The notes below the pieces were generated by a model, which saw only the letters and a program-made list of their open reading frames with translations, searched no databases and had not been told where the DNA came from. Positions 1 to 13,530 of a DNA stretch of 64,000 nucleotides are shown here, one piece after another (position 1 is the first letter of the stretch; every line of letters begins with the position of its first letter). Position numbers and translations under genes: made by a program. Source of the stretch: the human T2T-CHM13v2.0 reference genome, Homo sapiens; assembly GCF_009914755.1 (NCBI RefSeq), contig NC_060925.1; one strand, given 5' to 3'.

Positions 1-535
1 GCACCTGTGATTGCATTTGTCCAGAATACTGTCCAACCCACTCCCTTATCCACTCCAGTCATGTCTGCCCAGAGGACATAACGTGTCCTTCAAGATTCAA
101 TTCCAACTTTTTCTCCTGTAATCTGAGAAGCCTCTCTGGCGTACTTGGACAGTCAATCCTCCATCTACAGTGTTCATAGACCACTTTATACATAAATCAA
201 AACTTATCATTATTTGTTTACATGGCTCTCACAGTAGCTGAACTCCGAACTGCTTATAGCCAGCATAAGTCCTGTAATAGAGAAGGCATGCAATAAAGCT
301 TCGTTAAATAAAAATCTGCGAAAGCCCCTTATTAATAATTATGCAAGGATTTTGAGTGGGCCCTCAAGTACTCAATTGCCAAATGCCCCAGCTCTAGGCA
401 GAGACTAAATATCTGGAAAGGAGCCATCCCAAGAGTATGGAATGTGGCTCCTACGCACATATGCTCATTTAACAAGTATTTATTGAGCACTTGCTATGGC
501 CCAGGTATGATAGGTATTGACATGCTGGCTTTTCA

Positions 536-1298
<763 letters not shown>

Positions 1299-2077
1299 TT
1301 AGCCCGCATCATGAGTGAGGGCAGGACAGCCCAGCAGAGACCACTAGACACCAGAATAGAAAGAGACACTGGGAGATGAGAAGCATGTGGGAGTCAAACA
1401 GGGACAGGTTACAGGGAACATCCTTTCCCCTATAACTTCTTTCCTTTTTCCTTCATATTCCATCCATTCTTTAAGTCTCAGCTCATGCCCAATTTCTTCT
1501 CTGAAATTTTTCCTGATTGACTTCAACCCACTATGATCTATCTTCTAATTACTCTTAAGAGTAATCAACTGTGTTTTTACTCATTTAGAATTATACTAGG
1601 CCATATTACTAGCTTCTCATGTGCATGTATCTTCTCTGCCTTATTAAATGGAAAATTCATCCTCCAACAAGTATAAATAGAGGCTGAGTCAGGTGCCAGA
1701 TGCTGAGGATACCACAGTGAATAGGACAGACATATAGTCCTGTAGGTGGAAGAGATGGATGTAACCTAAGTACACAGAGAAACTCCACTGTGACAAATTG
1801 TGGCAAGAATTAAGAAGAAAACAAACGAAGAACTGAGATGATTCCATTTAAACAGAGAAAGAAGATGAGCAACTCTATAAGAGTGGGGCCAACCCTTGAA
1901 CTTCTCGATAACCACTCTCCCCACACCCATGGTCTAATTCACTGTCTTCACACTTTTCTTGCTAACTGTGCTCATGTTGTCAGTTTTCATTTAAATTTGG
2001 TGAAATCTCAAATAAGAGAGTATTTGCACTTGCATTTTCTCCCACAGGCACTCTGTACATGTCCATAGAGACACTGA

Positions 2078-2374
<297 letters not shown>

Positions 2375-2377
2375 TGA

Positions 2378-2718
<341 letters not shown>

Positions 2719-2744
2719 TAAAAGAAGCTACTTGAAGATTAATG

Positions 2745-2950
2745 AGCATCCCAGACTTAATGTGCCAAAAATCAAGTTCCTGATCTTCATCCCAAATTTG
2801 TTCTCCTCTCCATCTTCTTAGTCTCCAGTAACTAATGTATCTGATTTTGTTGCTGTTTGTTTGATTTACTGCAGTATTCCCAGCACCTAAAATGTGCCTG
2901 GAACAAAGCAGGAACCCAGCACTTGTACATCAAATGAATGGATGAATGAA
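2745..2950 (+). mobile_element. L2 3' end relic
   Basis: CCCAGCACCTAAAATGTGCCTGGAACA...AATGAATGGATGAATGAA terminal repeat typical of L2. Confidence 0.65.
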
Positions 2951-3003
2951 CAAAGCCATACTTCATTGCCCTCAGCTTCGTTTTTTTATGTTGCATTAAA
3001 GAC

Positions 3004-3017
3004 CCACTAGAGGGCTG
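3004..3017 (+). promoter_or_regulatory. CTCF-like motif
   Basis: CCACTAGAGGGCTG matches the CCACNAGRKGGC core; motif evidence only. Confidence 0.4.
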
Positions 3018-3724
3018 TACATCACTGCATAATAAACGAGGAGCTGGCGCCTGCGCGGCAGCACTACTCCGCCTGTCCCTACAGGAAATCCCCAGATTTG
3101 CATGTGTAGGATTTAAAATCAGACAAGACATTTGTGTATAAGTCTTATCTCCACAATTACTTGAAGCAATTTGAAGTCAGGGATTATGGCAATTCTTTCG
3201 AGTGATTAAAAAAGATTTCTAGAAAGAAAAAAGGAGAGATTCTTTGTTTATAACAATCAGAAGCTAAGAGATGCTTTTAAAAAAAAGATGCATGACATAC
3301 TATATGCTCAACAAATAACCACGTTCTAGAACAAAGAATGAGGTGTTAGGCAGACTGTTCTTAACAGCCACATACCACGTGAGATAAACAGGACAAGATG
3401 TAGACTGAGAGACAGCTTCAGCTAAATGGCAGGCAGCTGGAGGATATGATGAGAAGAAAGTTATCTTTGAAACCAAACAGTGTTTAGTTAAGAGCTCCAT
3501 CACATTTTAAAAGGCAATAGTTTTGAATTTATACCCAAGGGTACAAATTAGGGAAAAACATTTCTTTTCAATATAAGGATAAACTTTCAGACAAAGACAG
3601 ACATTCATAATTTTCCATGTTTTTTCCTGTTACTTGTAAATTCAGGATATTTGTTATCTCTAAGAATATTCATCACCTAAATGTGATAAGACAAATGTTA
3701 AAACTAATTATGGACGGTGAGGCC

Positions 3725-4054
3725 TGCTAGAGTCTGAATGCTTGTGACCTCCCTAAATTCGTATGTTGAAACCTAACCCCCAAGGTAATGGTATTAAGAG
3801 GTGGAGCCTCTGGGGGAGTGATTAGTGCCCTTATATTAATACAAAAGGCCCCAGGGAGTTTGTTTGCCATGTGTTTGCCCTACCATGATGTGAGGACACA
3901 TAGAGCATGCCATCTATGAGAAACGGGCTCTCATCAGACACTGAATCTGCTGGCACGTTGACCTTGGACTTTCCAGCCTCCAGAACTGTAAGCGATAAGT
4001 TTCTGTTATTCATAAATTACCCAGTCTAAAGTATTTTATTATAGCAGCCTGAAC
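3725..4054 (+). mobile_element. MaLR solo LTR (MLT1A-like)
   Basis: TGCTAGAGTCTGAATG...TATGTTGAAACCTAACCCCCAA...CAGCCTCCAGAACTGT...TATAGCAGCCTGAAC. Confidence 0.8.
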
Positions 4055-4196
4055 CACCTTGCACAGGACCATAATGTGTTTCTAAGGGACTTAGGAGGTT
4101 TTAGAGGACACGCCTACCTTTTCCATCGGGGGCAGCACAGTGATGGTAGGAGCAGTGAGCTTGAGCTCCAGGTTCCCAGGCTCTTCTAGTTCTGTC

Positions 4197-4495
4197 TTCT
4201 TTGTGTGTTTGTTGGTTTGTTTGCTCACTCTGTCACCCAGGCTGGAGTGCAGGGGTGCCATCTTGGCTCACTGCAGCCTCCGTCTTCTGGGTTCAAGCAA
4301 TCCTCCTGCTTCAGTCTCCCGAGTAGCTGGGATTACAGTTACCCACCACCATGCCCGGCTAATTTTTGTATTTTTAGTAGAGGTGGGGTTTCACCATGTT
4401 GGCAAGACTGATCTTGAACTCCTGACCTCAGGTGATCCTCCTGCCTTGGCCTCCCAAAGTGCTAGGATTACAGGCGTGAGTCACCGTGTCTGGCC
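4197..4495 (-). mobile_element. Alu (S-like)
   Basis: Antisense dimer; TSD TAGTTCTGTCTT at 4187 and 4496. Confidence 0.93.
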
Positions 4496-4829
4496 TAGTT
4501 CTGTCTTAATGAGTTATGTGACCGAGGGAATCCATTTCACCTCACTGGAACACTGGGCTGTTTAGTCATTGGTCTGACCCCGAATGACAATTTTTGTTAA
4601 GTAGCTATGTCTGCATTAGCTTTTCAACATCCCTTCTCTGGGCTCTGTAAAATGAAGTTGTTGAACCCTTCCTACTCTAAATGTTGTGATTCCATCCCCT
4701 CTCACCAAAACTTCACTGGAACTGCTGTGTAAATCAGCTCTCTCTATGTAGTATGATAATTGCTCTGAAAGAGCTTTGCCTAAAATGCAAAGAGGAGGAC
4801 CCAGATTCTGATAAAGATGGCAGGGCATG

Positions 4830-5860
4830 GGGGTCAGGGCAAATGTTCCTGGGGAGGTGACACTTGAATCCCATCTAAAGGAGCAGTTGGAATTAGGAGA
4901 AGGGAAACTGTGGGTAAAAGCATGGAGGCCTGCTGTGAGCTGCAGGTTGGGTTGGTGGACCAAAGGGTACCTGTGGTTCGTTACCTGTAAGACAGGTGGA
5001 TGGACAGGTGAGCAGGAAGACCCAAGAGTTGAGGAAGTCTACTGAAGGTGATGGACTCACAGTGGAAGCTTTGAGCAGACGAGCACTACTAGATGTGTGC
5101 TGTAGAAAGACTTCTCTGGTAAAGAGTGAATGCAGGGCATAGGAATACAGCGTGGGAAGCTATCGCAGCAACCCTGGGGAAATGACACTGGCTAAACTGA
5201 GGCAATGGCTGTGGGAATGAAGAGGGGAGTCCAGAAATGCCTGGAAGGTGGGTTAGATGAGACATGGTGATCAACTGTACATAAGGTAAACGGAGGGAAA
5301 TTCCTGGCTTGAGTGACCAGATGGATGGTAGCGTAGTTCACCACAGGAGGAAATGCTGGGGCAGGAGCAGCTTGGGTAAAGCTGATACTGAGTTCATGTT
5401 GAGCCCCAAAGGCCTATGAGGAGCTAGCTGGCCAACACGCAGTTGGATACAAGGTCTCAACAGATTGGTCTAGGCCAGAGACAGAGAGCTGGGAGGTGAT
5501 AACAGAAGCCACGTTTGAAGATGAATATGCCCCAAGAGTGGCAGAGCAGGAAGGGAGAAAGGAAGGAACCCTGGAGGTTATTCTGTGCAAGCAGAGGAAG
5601 AAAACTCAGTGAAGGAGACCAAGGGAAGCATCCAGGGGAGTAGGAGAGAATATGGAAAAAATTGTCACACAGGTTCCCATAGAAGAAATGGTTTCCAGAA
5701 TGCAGAAGTGGTCCATGATGCCAGATGTTGCAGGAAGAGCAAATAAGGTAAGGGCAGAGTTGTAAACACTCGTTTGGTCATTTGGAGAGTATAGCAACCT
5801 CCCTAAGAGCATTTGCAAGTTGAGTGGGGCTGAAGCCAGCCAGCAGAAGTTACAGTGGGA
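4830..5860 (-). mobile_element. Degraded L2 segment(s)
   Basis: Purine-rich degenerate L2-like phrases such as GAGGTGACACTTGA, GCAGTTGGATACAAGGTCT and GAAGTGGTC...GCCAGATGTTGCAG. Confidence 0.5.
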
Positions 5861-6281
5861 CAAGATAGTGAGGGGGGTTGATAGAGTGTGTGTGGACAGC
5901 CTGGTCAGCCTTCCAGAGCAGCTGTGGGACCTGCCCTTCTGCCTGTTTGCACCTTGTTCCTGTGCCCCAGGAGAAAAAGAATCCTGCCCAGGAGGCCTCC
6001 CACCCCGACATAGGAGGGCACCACCCACATGGCATCAGCCTGCAGCTGATTTCATATTCCATGCTCATGACATAGTACCTTATAGGACATGTCACAACTC
6101 ACGCCTTCCCCTTATCCGCCATCGGTGAGTTCCCCAAGCAAGCTGTGCCACCATGAAAGTGGTGATCACACCAATCTGAATGCAACCCAGCCCAGACCTT
6201 GGGAAGGGCTAAGGGAGTGGGGAAAAGGCGACAGGTGGCTGAGCATCTGCTTAGTGTGAGGAGGGTTCAGAAGGAAGTCAG

Positions 6282-6747
6282 TGATACAGGGCAGGCAAGG
6301 TCGAAAGTGGAGCGTAGCCTGCTGGGTTCCTGGCTTTGCCCAGGAAAGAATTCAAGGGCAAGCCAGAGGTAGAAGAAAGCTTTATTGAAGAAGCAGTGTT
6401 ACAACTCCATGACTGCTCCTGCGGAGGAGGGCTAACTTAGGCAGGGAGTAGCGGCTCAGGGCAGTTTTGCAGTCATATTTATGCCCACTTTTAACTGCAT
6501 GCAGATTAAGGGGCAGTTTATGCAGAGATTTCTAGGGGAGGGGTAGGCACTTTTGGGTCATTGGGTCATTACCATGGAAAGGGGTGGTAATGCCCAGGTG
6601 TTGCCATGGCTACAGTAAATTGACATGTCTCAGTGGTGGGCATGTCTGATTCAAAGCTGCTTTCACCCCGGCTCTGTTTTAGCTAGTCCTCAATCTAGTC
6701 TGGTGTCCAAGCCCCACCTCTGGAGTCGAGTCCCACCTCCTACCTCA
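6282..6747 (-). mobile_element. ERV1 solo LTR (MER66-like, tentative)
   Basis: Minus strand starts TGAGGTAGGAGGTGGGACTCGACTCC and carries AATAAA (TTTATT at ~6381 on +); ~465 bp; left boundary approximate, no clear TSD. Confidence 0.7.
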
Positions 6748-7264
6748 AGACAAGAAACTTTTGTTTTGACTTTCAGGGGATAGAACAGAAAGACATAAGC
6801 ACCGGCATGGGCCTATTCCACAGCCAAGGCAGGCAATGAGCTCTCAGGTACTTGCAACAAACTCGAGTGTGCATTCGGTCCAGGAGGAAGAGCCCGCACC
6901 CTTTTTTGTTGCTGTTCAGTGTTAATCCTTCGGTGGAACCCACCAGGACAGCAGTCTCAGTGCTGTTGTTTTTGACAGGGAGAACATCCCAGGGCAGAAA
7001 GGAAAGCCTAAAGCTACAGCCTGTTCCTCTAGTTCTTAGAACAGCTGGTTACTGAGCTCTCAGGCCAGACACTGGGTAAGCATCATCTTATTCTGTTTCA
7101 CAACAGCCCATAGGAATTTACCAATGAGAAACTTGAGGCACAAAGACCTTAAGTATTTGACTCAGGGTGGTGAGTGGCAGATAAAAACTGAAGACCAGCT
7201 GGGATCTACTCGAGATTCAAGATCTTGAAAGCTAGCTTATGTGGCTTACCTAGTTTAAGATGTT

Positions 7265-7580
<316 letters not shown>

Positions 7581-7859
7581 TTAAAAAAACAACAGCAAAA
7601 ACCCAATTTCCAGTTTAGGTTCTGTTGTGATAGCTGTGCTGTGAGGCCTGGCATCTAGCCTCTGACCAGACTTCACCATCCTTGCCAGATCCCGGAGAGC
7701 TTGTCCACTGCAACAGTGCAACACGCTAAGGGCTGTGTGGCGGCACAGGGGCTCTGAGCTCCTGACCTGAGTCATGGGGACCTGAAGGCTGACACCCAGC
7801 CCTATACCTACAAGCTGGGTGAGACCCCTGGCAGTTGCCTACACCCCTGCTGAGACCCA

Positions 7860-7990
7860 GTACCTCCCTGTAAAATGGGGGAAATAATGCCTGCCTCACA
7901 GGGTTTCGATGAAGGGTGAGTGAAATAAGGTATGTAGTGTCTGACGTGCTTAGATGCCCCAGACGCAATAGCTACTATGGTTTTTAGTAT
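7860..7990 (+). mobile_element. MIR fragment
   Basis: CTGTAAAATGGGGGAAATAATGCCTGCCTCACAGGGTT core. Confidence 0.7.
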
Positions 7991-8879
7991 AATTATTTTG
8001 GGGGAGGAATGAAGTCATAGAGGAAACCTAACACCCCAAGCTTTCTGCTGACTGTTGAGGCACCGTAATGGGCATTTTACACAACCTCCAGCAGGGCCGC
8101 CCAGCCAGCGTTTCTGAGGGTGCACGCTTCCCCAGCTGGCCTGGCTCTGTCACGTGGCTTCTGCTCTGCCTGTCCCCATGTGGCATCCTGCCCCAGGAAG
8201 GTCCTCAAACCTGCATTTAGGGGCATTTGAGTGTATAGCTGTCCTGTCAGCCCAAGACAAGGGGAGCGAGGCCAAGGCATGAGCCTTCTCAGGGTGGTTT
8301 TCAGTACCCCCCCCAGCCAAGAAGCAGATGTGAGCTGCTCCCAAGTGCCCGCACTCTCCTGCTGCTGCTCCTGTCTTCTCTCTCCCTCTCTCTCTCTCTC
8401 TCTTCTTTCTCGTCCCCCTTCAGCTACCCATTTAGGGCAGAGAGGCAGTAGAGGGGCAGCTGAGGAGAGGACAGGCCTTGGTCCCTGGCTCTCGAGACCT
8501 AATTTCTTCCCCAGTACGCCACAAGTTCCAGAACTGGCCTCACTCAGATCTGAGACACGATGCAGAGACCTCTCTCTCCTCTTCTTTTTCAGGAAACATT
8601 TGGAAACCCCTTGGAGGAGATCTGCCACATGGCCTCCAGTGAACTGTAGACTCCTGCATAGCCTTCCAAAGTTCTTCATTTGGTGAATATTATGAGAAAT
8701 GACACGTATGACTTTCTCCCAAATACGTGGCTTAAACCCAAAGTACAGTGAAATCAGAACTGACCACACAGAGTAATTGGGGCAAGGGAGTTATTTGTGA
8801 CACAAAGCCCTCATCACTTTATAAAAGTACTTGCTACTGATTACATTGAAAACCAGTCTTCCTGAGTAAAACATGTTTT

Positions 8880-9177
8880 TTGTTTTGTATCGTTTTTGTT
8901 TTTGTTTTTTTGAGACAGAGTCTCACTCTTTGACCCAGGCTGGAGTGCAGTGGTGCGAACTTGGCTCTCCGCAACCTCTGCCTTCTGGGTTCAAGCGATT
9001 CTCTTGCCTCAGCCTCCTGAGTAGCTGGGATTACAGGTGCCCGTCACCACGCCAGGCTAATTTTTTTGTATTTTTAGTAGAGGCGAGGTTTTGCCATGTT
9101 GGCCAGGTTGATCTTGAACTCCTGACCTCAGATGATCCACATGCCTCGGCCTCCCAAAGTGCTGGGGTTAGAGGCAT
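8880..9177 (-). mobile_element. Alu (S-like), main part, split by the provirus
   Basis: Antisense Alu stops at ...GCTGGGGTTAGAGGCAT and resumes at 16706; Alu TSD TAAAACATGTTTT at 8867 and 16729. Confidence 0.95.
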
Positions 9178-9624
9178 TAAGGGAGGAGACCACCCCTCAT
9201 ATTGTCTTATGCCCAATTTCTGCCTCCAAAGAAAGAAAAAGTAAAAACTGAAAGGCAGAAATGAAATCCACAAGCAGACAGCCCGGTGCCACACCCTGGG
9301 CAGATCGACCCCTGACCTAATCGGTTATGTTATCGATTACAGACATTGGATAGAAAAGCACTGTGAAAATCCCTATCCTGTATTGTTCAGATCGAATTAC
9401 CGGTGCATGCAGCCCCCAGACACGTACCCTCTGCTTGCTCAATCGATCACGACCCTCTCACACGCACCCCCTTAGAGTTGTGAGCCCTTAAAAGGGACAG
9501 GAATTGCTCACTCGGGGAGCTTGGCTCTTGAGACAGGAGTCTTGCCAATGCCCCCAGCCGAATAAACCCCTTCCTTCTTTAACTCGGAGTCTGAGGAGTT
9601 TTGTCTGCAGCTCATCCTGCTACA
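9178..9624 (+). repeat. 5' LTR (LTR2)
   Basis: TAAGGGAGGAGACCACC...CCTGCTACA; TATA-like CTTAAAA; AATAAA at 9561; direct repeat of 16244-16705. Confidence 0.95.
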
Positions 9625-9629
9625 TTTCT

Positions 9630-9647
9630 TGGTTCCCTGACCAGGAA
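9630..9647 (+). other. Primer-binding site, tRNA-Glu
   Basis: TGGTTCCCTGACCAGGAA, one mismatch to the complement of the tRNA-Glu 3' end (TGGTTCCCTGACCGGGAA). Confidence 0.9.
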
Positions 9648-10300
9648 GCGAGGTGACTGGCACATGGTCGAGGCAGCTGCTTAGGCAGCTTAAGCATGCC
9701 CTGTGAAACATCCCTGTGGGGGACTCCGACCAGCCCAGGCAACGCGGATCCTGAGAACGCTCCCGGGTAGGCATCTGCCCCTGTGGGATGCCTCACCAGA
9801 GCAGTGTGTGGCAGGCCCCCGTGGAGGACCAACACAGTGGCTGAACACCGGGAAGGAACAGGATCTTGGAGTCTGGACATCTAAAACTTGGTAAGACTAG
9901 TCTCGAGAACTTGCCCACTCCATTTGAGTGGAAGCGTGGCCTGATCACCCATGACATGCATTTATCAGCACTTTGGTTTTGGTTTTGGTTTTGGTTTTGA
10001 CTTGGTTTGAATTGCTTGACAGGACAGGTATTGGAAACTTGCCCACTCCATTTGAGTGGACGCGTGGCCTGATCACCCATGGTGTGCCTGTACCGGCACT
10101 TCGGTTTTTGTTTTTGACTTGACTTGGATTCCTTGATACTTTGGTTTTGGTTTTGACCTGTCTTGGATTTCTGGACACTCTGATTTTGGTTTTGATTTTG
10201 GTTTGATGCAAACTGCAAAAGTGTGTGTGTGCCCTTTTTACCTGTTCTTTGTTTTGTGGTGTGCTTGTGGTGTGAGCATGGTGTTTTGTCTCAAGGAAGC

Positions 10301-10590
10301 ATAGGTCAGGCACAAATAAGCCCACCCTACTAGGAACTACGGTGAAAAATTTCAAAAAAGAGTTTAAGGGAGACTATGGAGTACGGTGACACCAGGAAAA
10401 CTTAAAACTTTCTGTAAGACAGACTGGCCAGCATTAGAGGTAGGTTGGCCATTAGAAGGGAGCCTGGACAGGTCCCTTGTTTCAAAGCTATGGCACAAGG
10501 TAACCTGTAAGCCAGGGAACCCAGACCAGTTCCCGTACATAGACACTTGGTTACAGCTGGTTTTAGACCCCCCGCCCCCAACACAGAGTG
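10301..10590 (+). pseudogene. gag: HERV-E-type gag matrix fragment (start codon ATA, frameshifted, truncated)
   Basis: KNFKKEFKGDYG...TPGKLKTFCKTDWPALEVGWPLEGSLD...PDQFPYIDTWLQLVLDPP, gammaretroviral MA. Confidence 0.85.
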
Positions 10591-10619
10591 GTGGAGAGAA
10601 CAGCAGAATAAGCGCCTGG

Positions 10620-10860
10620 CAGAGGCAAGGAAAGACCAACAGAGAGAGAGAAAGGAAAGAGACAGACAGGAAAAGAGGCAAAGAGAGAGAGGAAGAGACA
10701 GAGAGGAAGAGAAAAAAAAAGAGAGAGTCAAGGAGAGAGAGAGAGAGAAAGAGAGAGGCAGAGAGAGAGGAAGAGACAGGCAAAAGGAAAGTCAGAGAGA
10801 GACAAAGTCAAAGAGAGAAAGAAAGAAAGAGATATACAAGTAGTTAAGAAAAAAAAAGTG
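10620..10860 (+). repeat. GA-rich low-complexity tract inside the provirus
   Basis: Degenerate (GA)n/(GAAA)n. Confidence 0.9.
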
Positions 10861-12106
10861 TACCCTATTCCTTTAAAAGCCAATGCAAATTTAAAACCTA
10901 TAATTGATAATTGAAGATATTCTCCATAACCCTATAACACTCCAATACCACTTTGTTGTCAGTGTAAACAAGGGCATATCCCGAAAGCACTGAGGGCTTC
11001 CTATCAAAAATCCTTAACCCGGTAACCCGCAGATGGACCAAATGCATTCAATCTGTAGCAGCAACTGCTTTGCTAACAAAAAAAAAAAAGTAAAAAAAAT
11101 AACTTTTAGAGGAAACCTCATTGTGAGCACACCTCACCAGTTCAGAAGTATCCTAAGGAAAAAAAAAGGGAAAAAAAGGGGGGGCAGAATTTATATAAAA
11201 AGAGTATTATATGGTAAATTCTTGTCCTGAAATAAATTAACTGGTTGTTTAAAGAAAGAAATATTTGTAACAAGTCAGAAAGTTGAGGCATGTCGAAGAA
11301 TTGTCTGCAAAAGTCATGAAAGAGAAAAATGTTATAAAAAAGAATTTATGCAAATAATGTTGTATAATTTAAAAGTAACTAGGCCTCCTGAATGTAAAAC
11401 TATTTTAAAAAAACAGTTTATGTGCAAGGTGTATCAGAAAAGTAAAATATACCTTTAGTAAAAGGATTATAAGGAGGCATAAGAATGCACATTTTTACCT
11501 ACATTAAAAAGTTTTTAAAAAATTATTGTTTTGAAGATTTAAGCAAGTTTTAAAACGTTAATTGTAAAGAAAATTCTGTGTGTAAACATATTAGCTAAAG
11601 TTAAAGAAGTATCATCCAGTTTTTCTGTGAACTGGACATTAAAGTAAAAGCATAACAGGTTTTTCTTAAAGCACCAACCTGCTCTTTCACAAAAATTATA
11701 AAAGGTTAAAAAGAGTCTATAAAATCTTACCTTATGGTCAAACATTAAAAATTAGATAAATATGTCTACAAGGTTTTATTAAAATTAGGTTTAACATTAC
11801 TAACACACTAATATAAAGATAAAATTTAGCTTATCTGGTATAAAAATCATATGAGAAGCATTGTTAAATGTAAAATGGTATTTGGCTTTCTTTGTTTTAA
11901 AAACTAATAAAAATAGATGCTAAAGGAAATTTCTCAGTTAAAAGGCACTAAGGACTATAAAGTCCACTGCCAAGGTCCCCACATATAAAACAAAAGGTCA
12001 GTTTCTTAAAAATTATATACTTGGTTTATCTTCCACTTTCCTTTCTCTCAAAAATTAAAAGTCTTTTAGCACATGTACCACCCCTAGAATTTCTGGTAAA
12101 CCAGCA

Positions 12107-12347
12107 CCAGCCTGAAGATCACGTTCTCATCAAACGGTGGAAAGAAGAAAAACTCGAGCCAACCTAGGAAGGACCCCACCTTGTGCTGCTAACCACCAAG
12201 ACTGCTGTTTGTACAGAAAAAAAAAAAAAAAAAAAAAAAAAAGGATGGACTCATCACACCCGAGTCAAGAAAGTGCCACCTCCTCCAGAGTCATGGGCCA
12301 TAGTCCCAGGGGAAAACCCTACCAAACAAAAGCTAAGAAAAATTTAA
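12107..12347 (+). pseudogene. pol: Integrase C-terminal fragment (HERV-I/IP10-like)
   Basis: QPEDHVLIKRWKEEKLEPT*EGPHLVLLTTKTAV...GWTHHTRVKK (GPY/F-type module); broken by A26 at 12217-12242. Confidence 0.8.
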
Positions 12348-13104
12348 CTCTTTTCCTCTATTCTATTACTCTTTCTTCTTTCCTCGTTCTATTGCTGACC
12401 ATCTAGTTATTAACATAACCAAGTCAATTTCGCCTCAAACTATTGCATTTAATGCTTGCCTTGTTATACCCTGTGGGGACTTGCCAAGTCAAAGACAGCT
12501 TTCTTCTTCAGAAAAGTACTTCTGTCCCTCCTGACTCTCCTCAGACTGGGAATTAGTAAACTGAACCATTTAATCCCGGGAGATTTCGATAAAGACCCCA
12601 GTGCCAACCAGGAGTCTTGCCCCCTGATGTGCAGCTTGCATGTCATAGTTGGACCAACGTTCTGTGGACCACTACAGAACAAGGATGGACTGCCCCAACC
12701 GGTTTTTGTAATTTCCTAAAACCATACATTCATTTTACTAGAGGATCGTAGCAGTTAAAGACTTAAAACAAACTTTAGCAATTAAGACGGGATACCAAGA
12801 TGCAACTGCCTGCTTAAAATGGATCAAATATTCCATCTGCATGTTAAACAAAAGCAATTGTTATGCTTGCGCACATGGCAGGCCAGAGACCCAGACTGTC
12901 CCCTTTCCACTAAGGTGGTCCTCCGTCGACCAGGTGTGGGCTGCATGGTAGCTCTTTTCCAGGATTCTACAGCATGGAATAATAAGTCATGCCAAGCTCT
13001 CTCTGCTATATCCCAAAGTCAGGCACCCTGCAGGTCAGCCCCCAAGGGCCATCCAGCTTCCGTCCCCCAACACTAAGTTCACTTCGTGTTTCTCACGACA
13101 GGGA

Positions 13105-13530
13105 GGAAACAGCATTCCTTGGAGACCTAAAGGGATGCAGTGAGCTTAAGAATTTTCAAGAGCTTATCAATCAGTCAGCCCTTGTTCATCCCCGAGTGGA
13201 TGTGTGGTGGTATTGTGGTGGACCTTTACTGGGCACTCTGCCGAATAACTGGAGGGGCACTTGTACTTTAGTCCAGTTGACTATCCCTTTCACCCTGGCA
13301 TTTCATCAACCAGAAGGAAAAAAAATAAGACATCATAAAGTGAGAGAAGCCTCCTATGGGTCTTTCGACTCTCATATCTATTTAGACACAATTGGAGTCT
13401 CACGAGGAATAGCAGATCAATTTAAAGCTTGAAATCAAATAGCTGCAGGATTTGAGTCAATATTTTAGTAGGTGACAGTTAATAAAAATGTAGATTATAT
13501 AAACTACATCTATTACAACCAACAGCAATG
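13105..13530 (+). pseudogene. env: env SU/TM junction fragment (HERV-I/IP10-like)
   Basis: DVWWYCGGPLLGTLPNNWRGTCTLVQLTIPF...YLDTIGVSRGIADQFKA*NQIAAGFESIF**VTVNKNVDYINYIYYNQQ. Confidence 0.8.

Noticed and set aside
8077-8769. Longest ORF in the track (230 aa, minus strand)
   Set aside because: It crosses a (CT)n tract, has no recognisable domain and starts at a non-ATG codon.
10364-10847. Arg/Glu-rich and Leu/Ser-rich ORFs
   Set aside because: Only the gag MA part is real; the rest is read-through of the GA repeat.
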